Below are positions 23,722-36,286 of a stretch of DNA of 64,000 nucleotides, piece by piece. The DNA comes from Anthoceros angustus (taxonomy: Eukaryota > Plantae > Anthocerotophyta): the NCBI GenBank assembly GCA_010909165.1, contig VJWM01000107.1, positions 248,001 through 312,000 of the forward strand, written 5' to 3'. Under the pieces are notes generated by a model that did no database searches, was not told where the DNA came from, and was given only the letters and a program-made list of their open reading frames with translations. Each line of letters begins with the position of its first letter. Position 1 is the first letter of the stretch. Position numbers and translations under genes: made by a program.

Positions 23722-24294
23722 ATGGACAACTACAACTCTCTGCCGGCCGGATTGCCCCGCCCGGAAGACGATGGCGCGGCGGCGCATTTGACGGGAGCGC
23801 AGGTGCCGGAGATCGGTCTGGCTGCCACCACAGGCGAGACGGTGTGGCTGTCGCGGCTGGAAGGCCTGACCATTGTGTACGCCTATCCGCTGACGGGGAA
23901 GCCTGGCCAGGAGCTGCCCCAAGGCTGGGATCTCATCCCCGGGGCACGGGGATGCACTCCGCAGAGCTGCGGATTTAGGGATTTGTTCTCGGAACTGACG
24001 AATGCGGGAGCGCGGCATGTGTTTGGTTTGTCCACACAGAGCCAAGAGTACCAGCAGGAGCTGGCTACAAGGTTGCATTTGCCGTTCCCCTTGCTGTCGG
24101 ATGAGGGTTTGAAGCTGGCCCGGACACTGCGGCTTCCTGTGTTTGATGTGGACGGCAACACCTTGCTCCGTAGGCTGACCGTGGTAATTGAGAGCGGGAA
24201 GATCAGACGTGTGTTTTATCCTGTCTTTCCTCCTGATAGGAGCGCACAGGAGGCATTAGACTGGCTCAAGTCTCCTCATTCACTCAGGTCGTAA
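23722..24294 (+). CDS. Peroxiredoxin (AhpC/TSA, BCP/PrxQ-like) of the bacterial/fungal 'DDGAAAHL...GWD.IPGARGCTPQ' subfamily, intronless
   Basis: LP..LP.P.DDGAA.HL, VYAYP.TG.PG..LP.GWD.IPGARGCTPQSCGFRD (CxxxxC), FGLSTQ..EYQ.E...RLHLPFPLLSD, LLRRLT and VFYPVFPPDR. Confidence 0.92.
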   Translation: MDNYNSLPAGLPRPEDDGAAAHLTGAQVPEIGLAATTGETVWLSRLEGLTIVYAYPLTGKPGQELPQGWDLIPGARGCTPQSCGFRDLFSELTNAGARHVFGLSTQSQEYQQELATRLHLPFPLLSDEGLKLARTLRLPVFDVDGNTLLRRLTVVIESGKIRRVFYPVFPPDRSAQEALDWLKSPHSLRS

Positions 24295-24681
24295 GCAGTG
24301 CTGCGCCAGATAGTGTAAGCATGGATGTACATATATAGGTATTTCTTCACAGGGATCACAGCAGGAGGTTGTCTTTGATAGCAAGTACCTGATGCTCCAA
24401 GAACAAGTTCCCGGCTGCAGATGACGGAGGAGGAGGACCTATAGCTGTATGAAAATCGTGACAGCATTTAGATTTTTTATGAGCATGACAGTAACACCCC
24501 TCACTACGCAGCTAGTAGGGAAGCACTTGTGCTAGTAGGGAAGTGCGTAGTGGGAAGCACTTGTGCTAGTAGGGAAGCAACAAGTGCTGGCTTCCTAGTG
24601 GTCTAGGATCTCGCCAATTCGATCTCGCCAATTCACTCCATAAGAGACTTGCACGATTCTCAACGCTCTCAACCTCACAAC

Positions 24682-24940
24682 ACAGCACTAGGCTCCAAGT
24701 AGCCCGCGATCCAGCACTAGGCTCCAAGTAGCCCGCGATCCATTGACAACTCATAGGCCACCTCCGCGGTGCGGCCGGGCGGGCAAGAATACAACGATGG
24801 AATCTGGCGCGGCCGGCGGGCAAGAATACAACGATACAACGATGGAATCTGGCGCGGCCGGCGGGCAAGAATACAACGATGGAATCAACGATGGAATCTG
24901 GCGCGGCCGGCGGGCAAGAATACAACGATGGAATCTGGCT
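24682..24940. repeat. GC-rich tandem repeats (29-bp unit twice; about 38-49-bp unit four times)
   Basis: CAGCACTAGGCTCCAAGTAGCCCGCGATC occurs twice and GCGGCCGGCGGGCAAGAATACAACGATGGAATCTGGC about four times. Confidence 0.88.
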
Positions 24941-25424
24941 ATCTACGCCCAACTGGCTACTGCCCTTGATTCCATGACAAGCTCACTAGCTAGCTCTCCA
25001 CGCTCTCTCAACACAAGGCTTGCAGCACACTTGCCTGCTCTCTCAAAGAGTGAGTAACTTGTTCCTCAAAGCCCCACTAATCACTAAGAGTCCTCTCTAG
25101 GCACCTCTCTTCATTTGTGGCTGTAGCAATTCCTCTCTAACAAGAGATTGAATGAAGCATGCAACACATGCATCTTCTTAACAGGGCAGCTACTAACTTA
25201 GCTTTTTACCTTTTTTTTCAATTTTTTACCTTTCTACCTTATTTCCCCAGTACCGTTACTTCGACAGTATTTAAAAAAATATAAAAAAATATATTAAAAA
25301 TATAAAAGATTTTTTTTAACCTGGTAATCAGTTGATATAAAATAAACAAGTTAAAAAAAACAGCTCAGCGCATTTGGGACCTCTTTTTTTTCACTGCGTA
25401 AGATTATAAATCCTCTCAACAGCA

Positions 25425-25645
25425 AGCCTTATAGCCCCGAGCCTTTGGCTCGTTAACGGGTTTCTATAGCCCTCTAGCGAGCCTAAGGCTCAACAACGGG
25501 TCTATGCTGCCCTTTAGTGAGCCTTTGGCTCGACATCGGGTCTTTATAGCCCTTCAAGTAAGCCTTCGGCTCGACGACAGCTCTTTATAGCCCTTCAATG
25601 AGCCTTTGGCTGATAATGGGTTTTTAAATGAGCCTTGGACTCAGC
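25425..25645. repeat. Degenerate tandem repeat of about 40 bp, 5-6 copies
   Basis: Recurrent GAGCCTTTGGCTCG...ACGGG...TATAGCCC units. Confidence 0.75.
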
Positions 25646-26959
25646 AATTGTTTCACCATTGGCTAGGTTATGTGTAATATTTTTCATAAGTTTCTCATTG
25701 TTGAGTATCACTTGCATGCTTAAGCTAAAGTTTGGAAGGATCATGGAATCAAACTCTCTTTTTTTATGACTTGGTGGTGTCCTTTTGTTAAATTGATGGA
25801 TGAAATACCATAAAATAGTTTTTGATTGGGTGATTATAAAGTTTCAACAAAACATATATACATTCTCATACCCTTTGTCGCAATTAATAAAATCATATTC
25901 CGGGAGCACCCATATACATTGCGTAATGGCGTGTCACTCAGGGCGAACCTTTTCTATAATAGGGAGGGCAAATTTATATGGTGATGTGGTTGTCACGGAT
26001 CCCACGAGAGACTCTATAAGCGAGCATGTCATCATCAACCCCCCGGGTTGGGCAGCGGAAAGATGGTTAATGTCCATGTCTTAATAGCCTTTAATGAATC
26101 TAACTCGGACCCGATGGTTGTCTTTAATGTTCTTTCTCTGGACATGTGATGACCTCTTGATAGCTAGCGGATACAAAGTGGTTTATTGTCATAAGTCTTC
26201 GTTGGCTTCCTGGAGGTATGATTCTTCCCTATAAAGCTTTTGTCATTTTAGCTGTTGGGTGAGCTTTATTTGCTCTCCTTTGAAGGCCTTGGCAGCGCCG
26301 GTAGCGAGGCATTGATATAGGATATGCAGGTCATCATCGCTTGAGTGAGATTGGTGGCAGGGGAGTCAGATAATTTGGCTGTGATACCATATAAAAATTA
26401 CGCAATGCGTAATATTTTAGCATTTCTTACTACTTCATTTGATTCAGCGAGACGTTAGGTACAACTGGCGTTTAGGATGTGAAACGTTGTATCTAAACCT
26501 AACCGTTCGTCAAGCACGTTTGTGGAACAACTTTCGCAAGCAGACTAGCAAGGTGTACATTTATAACCCAATGTTAATGTAGTATTGGGGTTCGTTCCAC
26601 AGGGAATGGACTCGTGCTTATTTTGCTTGAATTCCACAACTCGTCGCATGAACGGACTTCATCATGTCGAGTCCGTTCAGGCGACAAGCCTAGGCGTGTA
26701 CCACACAGCAACTCAATGGAACCGACATGCAACCTACCGGACCTTCCCACGAGGCTCCGCTCAGGGTGTCTCAAAACCTTGTTTAAGATCTGGCAGACCA
26801 CAATAGGTTTAACGACGCTCTCTTCCGTCGGTCTTCGTATGTACCCATCACCGCTCACAAACCTCCCTGTCTTCCAACTCACAACTCTGGACTCAGCTCA
26901 ACAGCAGCTCCAACACAACGCTCAGGCCCGCAGCGCCTTTCCTCCTTCCATACTCCCAC

Positions 26960-27560
26960 ATAGCTAGTACCATAAACACCAACACGCCGACGTATTCACA
27001 CCGGACCACCTTTGCTCCTTCCGATTGCTTCGCGTTCCGTGAGGTAGTGGCTTACCAGCCTGCAACCCCACAGCCTCCGCCCCAGCAGCCTCCAGGGATG
27101 GCTTCCACATGGAGGGATCACCCCGAAGCGCCCTCCGATCCTTTCGACTACTTCACGTTCTGCGGAGTACTGCGCAGCCTTCAACCCCACGGCCTCCATT
27201 CCAGCGGCCTCCAGAGATGGCCTCGAGCCGAGGGATCACCCTCGAGCACCACCTAAGCTCAGGACTGGTCCTAGTCTACACCCACCAAGCATGTTAGCGG
27301 AGCTCGTCACCAGAGCTCTTGACACATCCCCTTACCACCAATCAATCTTGCAAGGTGACGCAGGAACACACTCAGCTCCTCGAACGCAAGACAACAAGAG
27401 CACACAGAGCGCGGAATTGGCACAAGGGACGGTCTCCTAGTCTTGGACGCCTAGGCCTCCTTATATACCCCCCACACCCTAATCTAACCCGCATATATAT
27501 GTACCTTAACCTAGGCCATTGCAACCATCAGGCCGTAACTCATCATTCCCCCGGCCTCCT
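26960..27560 (-). mobile_element. Possible solo-LTR or LTR remnant
   Basis: On the minus strand it starts TGTCACATG, has a GGGGGGTATATAAGGAG TATA-like segment and TGTG/TCTT-rich text, and is followed by TGGTAC (PBS-like). No partner LTR or target-site duplication found. Confidence 0.3.
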
Positions 27561-28037
27561 TCCACCAGCCTACATGTGACAGACATCTTCCAAAAAATTG
27601 GGCTTGCTCGCGTACAATTTAAAAATATCACAAACTGTATGGTTTGATTCATATTGTACTGCCTAGAATGCCGAGCAAAAAACTCGGATATACATGTATT
27701 AATACAAAAAAGCAGGAATCTACATTACAAGTCCTGGTTCAGCAAGGCACAAATGGGGCTTCAGTGCACAAAGAAAAAGAAGTTTATTAGAGTCCCATTT
27801 GATACTTTTTGGAGTTCACTTGGTTTTTTTTTTTGCATGAGTCTGCACATATGCATCCTTTCAAAAATAGTAGAAATTTTGTAGCCTTGTTCATAATTTG
27901 CTGCTTAAAACTCCATACAAAAAGCTCGGGCTTACAGGTATTTATTTAAAATAACAAGAATCTACATCATAGGTTTCAAGTCACAGTCAGACACATATTC
28001 GACTTGGTCAGGCACACTTAATTACATCTTGCAACTC

Positions 28038-28400
28038 TCAAAAACCAATCCAATACATCGTGAGGCACAACATTTGAGCAAAAAGGCTGGCAAGCGCAAC
28101 ATCTAAATGAAGCACTGAGTGACACCTAATATTAGTCACTACGGTGTTGAACGATGGTATAATGGGTGGAGGTAAAGAATTTCGACTCTTGGAATCCTTA
28201 CAATAAAACTTAGCTGCACATTTCCAGCTTTCACTTGCAACAAAACCGTCCATTCGGCCCCATGGAATGTATGCTACCTTGAGGACCTGCCAATCCTGAT
28301 CATCAATGCAAAAACGTGTGAGCATTAGAACATCTAATTTTTGCGGGCATTCCTTAACTTAGAGCAAGCACACTTTGCAAAATGGGCTTGATTGAGGGTA
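28038..28400 (-). mobile_element. Fragment resembling the N-terminus of plant MULE/SWIM-zinc-finger transposase-derived proteins
   Basis: KVAYIPWGRMDGFVASES...KFY...(intron-like gap)...YW resembles, from recall, the 'LALIP..RVDDFV.GE....C...F...Y..YWC' block of that family. The ORF is truncated. Confidence 0.4.
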
Positions 28401-28454
28401 AGTACATTATTCAGCAATTTGAAATTGAGTCGTGCATGCATCCTTTCAAAACCA

Positions 28455-28560
28455 CGCATGGTTTATACCCCACATATCGTCTATATCCCACACATAGTTT
28501 ATACGCCGCGCATGGTCTACATCTCATACATGGTTTATACCACGCACATGGTTTTACATC
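28455..28560. repeat. 18-bp minisatellite, about 6 copies
   Basis: Variants of CATGGTTTATACCCCACA in tandem (reads HGLYPT/YRLYPT/HSLYAA/HGLHLI/HGLYHA). Confidence 0.8.
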
Positions 28561-28772
28561 CTTGCATTGTTTCAACACCACGTTCAACAGACAAGTTTAA
28601 GGTAGATGTGATAGACAAGTTTACGTGATATCGCTGACACAAACGACCCATGTGCGTAGGTCAAGAGCCAGAAACAGTGAAGTGATGTACAAGATAAAAA
28701 ATGCGTATCTGATATGATTTTGTTGATAAAAGATGCGTATCTAATATGATTTTATGGAGAGAAGAGTAGACG

Positions 28773-29222
28773 TTTTTAATAGGCGAGATGGGGAATCCCA
28801 TCTACCCCTGAAGTCCGAGGAGGAACAACCCAAAAAGGGCTAAAAGAAAAAGGGGAAGTCCTAGTCCCCTCGAATGCCTTTCCCGTACCTACCTACTGCA
28901 CCAATCATATCGTGATCAGGGATGATGAAGGGCCTACCTACCACCGGTGTCGAAGAAGCCGCTAGTCCTATGCACGTAGCTGTCCTATAAACAGCGTTAG
29001 CCAGTGCTTTTTGCACAGCTATGGAAACCCGCTGCCGAAAGAAAGCCACCATGGAGGAAAGGGGGAGGCCCCTCCAATTCCTGTGGCTGTGATAGGCTTT
29101 TGTACACTCCTTAATTAACCTAGAGAAGTCCTTGTGCATAGCCCCACGAGTCTCGAGGGCGAGGGGGATGAAAACATGGCCGTCTTGCATAGGAGAGTAC
29201 TTGTGAGTCTTGCTGGTTGCAA
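28773..29222 (-). mobile_element. 5'-truncated non-LTR retrotransposon 3' end with a restriction-like endonuclease tail (CRE/NeSL-like, RLE type)
   Basis: K.HKY...FIPLALETRG......LIK...FFRQRVSIAVQKALANAV is the typical C-terminus of RLE-bearing LINEs. It is followed by a short 3' UTR and an ATTAAAAA end at about 28773-28780. Confidence 0.7.
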
Positions 29223-30365
29223 TGGAAAGTTGGTCGTTTCTAAATGGACATTCAAAATTAAGCTCCTTACTCTTCCACCGTGGGTAGTCTCATATACATA
29301 ATGGTTTGTACAAGACCAGATTTACCCTTTCTAGTGGAAGCATGATCTCAGTTTCTAACAGCCCCTACATAAGCTCACTGAAAGGCGGTCAAGAGGATAT
29401 TCATGATGTCTTAGAGCCACCTCAGATTTGGGACTATTTTACCACTCACAAACCAAGCAAGGTGAACCCTTACAACTTGAAGGCTTTAGTGACATCGACT
29501 AAGAACGTTGATGTTTGGTGATTTTTATAAGCTGATCGGGCCCCATGCCATGCCATGCCATGCCGATGGGCGAAATAGAGCGCGCACACCTTCCCCATCC
29601 CCGGTCCTGCCCTCCCCAGCCTCCCCGCTGCGCCCACAGCTTGGCCAGGCCCGGTCTAACTCCTGCTATCTGCTGCGTCCACGCAATGTTGCGCCTCCCA
29701 ATCTCTCCCCGCTCTCTGCTCTCCACTCTATGTTGCCTCCTCGGTGCGTCCTGACCCCGGACTGCTCCTTGCTTTTGGCTGGCGCTCCTTCCGCTCTCGG
29801 CTGACGCTCCTCCCGTTCTTGGCTGACGTTCTTGTTCACGTCGTGTGTTCTAAGCTCGAGAGTCTCTTTCGAGCATTTGATACACTAATGGCTGCCATAT
29901 GGTTTTAAAACCCGTGCACGGTTTTAAATCCTTGCTTTAGTGTATCAAATGCGCACTCCGGAAAAACTCTCTAGAATACATGGTCCCAACAAAAACTTTC
30001 TTTAGGAGTGGCGCAAGTATGGCATACCAAAGAGGACAGAGGGGACGGCATTTGGGAGCTACATCCAAAAGTAAAACCCTGAAAGCGATGGTAGAGACTT
30101 TCTCTCGAACCCAATTAAAGTGCACGAACTTTTCATTTGAACATTTTAAGGTTAAAAATGTGCACGAACTTTTCTCGGGTTGAGAGGTGGAACATTGTTG
30201 GGTGGTGACCGATGAGGCCCCCGTGCCTTGGCACTCGCGCGGCTTATGAATATTTACCGGGTGAGCGCTTCCATATAAGGCGAGCGCTCATCCATGTAAG
30301 GCGAATTTCGCAACAGAGTACGGGGAACCGAAAATTTTGTCACAAATCACATTTGGCAAATAACT

Positions 30366-33300
30366 TCAAGGTTTCGCATGAAGTAAGATTGCCGAGAATG
30401 GTGCGATGTTGTAACCGGCTTCCAGTCCACAGATGCCGCATTCAACAAAATCGGCTGGTGGAGCAAGGTTCGTGTCGACCTACGCAGAAACACACACGCA
30501 CTATGTTTTTCAGAAAAGAAGAGCCCTACAGCGCACAGTAGCAAGGCCCGACACATATCACTGTCACGTACCACTCTGTACCATCGCTTTCCAGGCGGTG
30601 CTGCAGGCAAAATTGTGTTCACAAAATAGGAGTGCGCGTTGAAGGCCACGTAAAGATCCCCACCTCCCAAACTGCCTTCATGCAACCTGTCAGGGCCAAA
30701 GCAGAAATACCACTTTGAGAAGGCAGCTATGCCCTCAAAATTACATGGCGATGCAAGCTAGGGCAGATTTAGAGGTTTCAAAAGGGGTGGTATACGAGAA
30801 GGCTAAAAATCGGCTCTCTTGATTGTCCCAATTTGTCTCATGCCATGTTATGTCAGCCTACAAAGCCACAAGATTGTCAGCTTAGGCAGTCAAATCGTTT
30901 TCAGACCACAGTTTCAGGAAAGCAAATGATCATGACTTTCCATCACAGTAACTACAGAGTCCATCACCAGTGAGGGCCCACACATCTGTCAAAAAACAAT
31001 CTCGACCAAGAAGTGGATGTTGTCGCCTAAACTTGATGGATTCTGAAAAGAAGCGGAACTGTTCACTCTTCTTGTCCTTCAACTGCAGAGAGCACCAGAA
31101 GTGAGCTTTGCAACGCAAAAGATTACAGTCCTTCAAACCCACATACTACTGAGCTAGCTGATCATGCTATCAGCAATGTCCAAAACTGATTAAAAACTGT
31201 CGCAGGAGGAACCTTTGACCACTGAAAGTGATTGATTGCTGTATCATGGCCATAGCTGTTGTTGTTTCCATGCCGTGTGTGCCCATACTCATCCCCCATA
31301 AGCATCATAGGTACTCCCTAAGGACCACAACAACCTCATAGTTTTAAAGCTTTGTACATCAGTCTCGCTACATCTCCGATAACACATCGAAAACCAAACC
31401 AGAGGAAGGCCCCTGTCGTTTCACGCAAAGTAAACCTGGGAGACCATCAAAGCCAGCTGAAAATTCTTCATCTGCCGCCCCCTGAGAGCGTTCACATCTG
31501 GATCGCTAGTGTCACCTACAAACACAAAAAGGTGTTACGGCTACTTCACAATTGCTCTTGTACTAAAGTCACGATAATAGATTCGCTAAAAAAATAGTCA
31601 CGATAATATGTAACCGTTAACTCGGCCGAACGAAGATGTTTCTCTTACTACAGGTATGCCCTTGCTACCTTCAGCACCACAATTCCAGCTGAAATTGTCA
31701 TTGCTGCCATCGTTTCCTCCTTCGCCATTGGCATCATTATGCTGCATACACAACATGGTCGGATATTATTACCGACAAAAAACCTTGGACCGTATATAAG
31801 AAACGATAATAACACTTCTGGTCATGAACTCAACAAGAACAACCATTGCTAAGCAAAAAGAGCACCTTCTTGTTGTACGCAACAAGGTCGTACAGGGAAA
31901 AGCCATCATGTGCGATTATGAAGTTGACGCTATGATATGGTGCCCTATTATTTTTCTGCAACCGACAGGAGAAAATCACCGGCGTCATTCCTCCTCAAAT
32001 CATACTCAAAAGGACTTTGTCTCCGTGGCTCAACAAAGGAAAGCCCGCAGTAGCATATAAGACTGCAGTAGAATTTTCAAATCACATATGCAGTAGACAT
32101 TTAGGACATACTTGATAGAGATCTGCAGATCCTGAAAGACGGGTTGCAAATGCACTTTTCATCCCTTGATCACCCTGTCAATAATCATCAGTCTCTACAA
32201 AAAGTGGCTCAGGTTGGATTTCAAAACGAGATGCGTGCGAAGTACTGACCTTGATGAACTTCCGTACGTCATCTCGATATTTCCCGTTCCATTCAGACCA
32301 CCTTTGGATGCAAAAAAACAATTCAGAAAGGCATACTCCCCCAAAGAGGCTGTTGCTCGGTCAGGTCCAGGCAATCATCAATACCTGTCCCAGTTTGGGA
32401 AACTCCCAACTTGGTAAAGACCACCACAATCCCAAGGTTCAGCAATAAGCTTACATCTTGATAGAACGGGATCTTTTGCGATTGCCTGCAGTTTGACGAG
32501 TTACCGGAACCGTTCTTCAGATACACGAAGGTGACAACTGTAGTCAGACATTGGATTGCCACACGTAGGAATGCTAGATGAGGTCAAACAGGGTTCCTAC
32601 ACGAATCACGGGAGGAGCTGCCAATGGAGAACCATCAGTACCCCTGCATAGTATACTTGCAAGGTCGAACCGAAAGCCATCTATATGGTACTCAGTAACC
32701 CTGTTTAACGAGGAAACAAGGTTAATAATGGCACAGCTTTCGATCGCCAAAACCCAGCCTTGAAACACTCAGAAACAACAAAAACTAGATCACAAGCCTG
32801 TGGAAATACATCGAGCGCCTGAGGCCCAAAGAATCTCAAAGCATCACTCAATAATGAATGTTCTTACCAGTGCCTGAGGCTGTCCAAGACCAGTTCCATA
32901 ACCACTGAATGATTGCAATTAAGAGTGTTTCCTGCATTTAAATCAATTACCAGCACTCTTACATCAAACATGCGCAGTGAGATATGTACGACTACTAGCT
33001 GCAGCAAAAACACCATCGCGAGCTAAGAGGAAACAGCACCACAGCCAGAGAAGTTCTGAAGCTGCACATAGCTGGTTGTATCCACCATGTAGTATACCTG
33101 CCGGACGTTCAGCAGCAATATTTTCTCTGCTTTAGACATGCAGTCATGTAACTCGTCCAAGGAGGTAAATGCTGGCAATAGTTCTAGGCCGGTGTGTAAC
33201 CGTACCAGGTTATCAATGCCACGGAATGAAGTTGTGAAAGGAAATTCATCATCAGCTTCATTGGTATGGTTGTACACAACATCAAGGATCACCTTGACAC

Positions 33301-35921
33301 AGGCAACCATGTCAGCTCTACAGACCTTCACCATAAATTGATGACGAAATTTCAAGTGGATGAATGCTTGCACCCTCTCAGGTGACAGTCAACATAAAGC
33401 ACTTTGTACCTCAATCCCAGCAGTATGGAATGCTTTCACCATCTGCTTGAACTCTTTAGCTGCTGCTAAGGGTCCGCCTCCTTTGCTTGCATACCGACTC
33501 ATGGGTGCAAAGAAATTGATGGTCGAGTAACCCCAGGTATTCACCTGAACAAGATCAAAGTTCCCTCAAAACCAGCCCTCACAAACTGCTTTTCAGTGCT
33601 TCAGTTTATGAATGAAATATACCATGTGTTCTCTTGGATTAGGGCGCCTTTGGAACTCCAGTTCATCAAACTCAAAAACGGGTAGAAGCTCCACTGCATT
33701 GACACCCAACTCAACCAAGTGGGGAATCTGAAAAGACCACCCAGAGCAAAACAATCAACTCCTAAGAAAACACCTTAAACCATGGCATTCTAGGAGACAC
33801 GGTCGTTGAAATTAAACGAGGAGGCAATCCAACCTTCTCAATCACACCAAGGTAGCTGCCTCGAACAGCAGAATCAAGTCCAGAGGACTCATCCATGGTG
33901 AAGGCTCGGACATTCATCTCGTATATGACCAGGTCTTTCTGTCCTCCATTGCCACAAAACAACGGGAGCCATGCCACATCAGGCCTTAAACCGTAACATA
34001 AAGCTGAATAGGACAGTACTGGACACTCTGGTACAGACAATTTCTGGACCAACTCCGCCACGAAGCTATTCAATACCTCAGCTAGGGCTGGTGGCTGATA
34101 GTCCTTTCCCCAATCAAAAGAATTATTGGAGAAATCATAGGTGCCAAGAAATTGTGTGTTTCTATTCTTCGCATCTCCGAAAATCAGGCGACTATTAACA
34201 TGCTTCGCATAGGGGTCCAGTAATATATTGTTCTTATCGAAGCGGTGTCCCTTCTCCCATCCTTGTGGACCATCCACACGATATCCGTATGAAACACCAG
34301 TCACCGGCAGATTCTGTTCCACCAGAAATTGTCCAGAGATCAGCCTACCCTCTCAGCTCACTGGATAAGCTTTCAAATGCAATCAATCTTGACCAGGAGA
34401 TATAAGCTTGTCGTACTCAGGGCCATACAAAAACAGCAGCAAAGCCCACCCAGCTCACCCCATAAGGTCAGAGGTTAGCTGCACTTCCACATACCTCTAC
34501 ACAAGCATGCCAGACACTCCCCGTCCTTTGCTTGAGTGGATCCAAATCAATTTCTTGTGCTGGCACTTCAGAGTTATCAGGGTCCAAAAATCTGCGGACA
34601 ACAAAGTTTTCAAGTCCTGCCTTGAGCCACGGAGATTATGCTCAACATCTAAATTTAAGTCTTTGACTGACACCAAACTAATCTGCACAATCTGCCTACA
34701 CCATATCCTCCAAAGAAGATGCCACTGACACCAGCGAAAAGTCTCAGAGCGATTGCCTGTCCTCCACTGAAAACTGTTCTAGACAGGGAACAATAAGGCC
34801 TTACAAACAGAGAGTGACAGCTGTCGCATGCTGAGAGAAGAGAGCAAAGTTGACCCCATTTTCCACTTTGGAAGCACCAAGAGGGGAGGCCTTGCCTGAG
34901 GTTACTTTGAAGTTTTTCTGATTTGAAGTCACAACCGGATAGCCTGCCTGCATGGTAAAATATATCTACAAAATAAGGAAGCTGAGAGGGACCAGTCCAC
35001 AGTTTGCACACGACAATAAGCAGAGAGGCCTTTGCTCCGCCTAAGAGTTAAAGCATGCAAACAACCTGCTGGACGGCAACACCCACACCCGACAAAAGCT
35101 CCGCACGCCCCTGTCATGAAAACAAGTACATTCATATCGTCCGGATACTGGAGAGCACACAATTATGCATAGAGGAACCTGGGCTGTGGCTTCCAGCAGA
35201 AGAATTAATTACCTCGAACCTTCTGAACATAATCCTCTCATACATACTCCCACAGGACCTCCTTTGATCATCTAAAGGCCTCGCAAGAGGACTCCCGACC
35301 TGCTGATTCCAGGACAAGCTCACAGGACGCATATGTAAAGATGCCCCCACAAAGCGAGTAGGAATGCGAGACGCAAGTCGAGAGCATTAGCCCTTCAGCT
35401 GGTGAGCTCGACGGGCAATCTAGACATACCATGATGAAGCAGGTTGGTCCTTCGGAATTACGCTGCAGTTCAATCCAACGGGATGGGCGCCTGGTAGGCG
35501 TAGTTGCATGCAGCCTGCCAGGACACATTCACCATGGACAGAAAGTACTGATATAAGCAGGATTACTAAAACATTAATTCGAATCGAACTTATGATATTG
35601 TGGATCGAATATGGAACGTCCCCTAATGTGTGACGTTTGTTCGGAATTAAACCCATGGTTAGAAGGCGCACTTGTTGCCACTAGTACTCACCTCTCGAGG
35701 CGAGATGTAGCAGCTGCCGTCTTGAGGCACGAGGAGTACAAAAACAAGAGATGGTGGCGGCAGGGAGGCCGGGGTCGCCCGCTCTGGAACACTGGCTTGC
35801 CTGCCTTCGCAGCAAAGCAATTCACCGGCGGATGCGCCAGGAAGCTTCTTCCAGGCAAACTCACAGACCGTTCATTCCCCGGGCCCCTAACGAAGCCTGG
35901 CCCCAACACGGGCAACTCCAT
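30366..35921 (-). CDS. ISA3: Isoamylase 3 (GH13 starch-debranching enzyme), more than 20 exons; 5' exons approximate
   Basis: [105 protein letters not shown] and last exon VDTNLAPP...[11 protein letters not shown]. The putative transit-peptide exon is 35921-35692. Confidence 0.93.
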
Positions 35922-36286
35922 GAGAGCCGCTTTTGCGGCCACCGGATCTTTCTTTGAAACAGCTGGCGGGGCGTCGTCGATCAGATCTGGTGCAGCCCTC
36001 GTTGAAACCAGCAAGCAGCGCTGCTGCGGCCTCGGTAAAGCATAAGGTCATAACAGATGCTTGAACGGGCGAAGGTGACCAATGTCGAGTTAATTTTAGG
36101 GTTTCTGGAGTCTGGAAGAAGGCAGCCGAGACAGCGAGCTCCCTTTGGCAAGGCTTTGCCGCTGAGACCACCTGCCGTTGATATAGCCAGGCTGGGCATC
36201 TGGGTGCTGGCGGCTGTGCTGCGGCAGGCAGCGGGGTGGAGCGGGGCAGGTGGGGTGCTAGGTTTTGCGGAGACGTAGGCGTTTCT

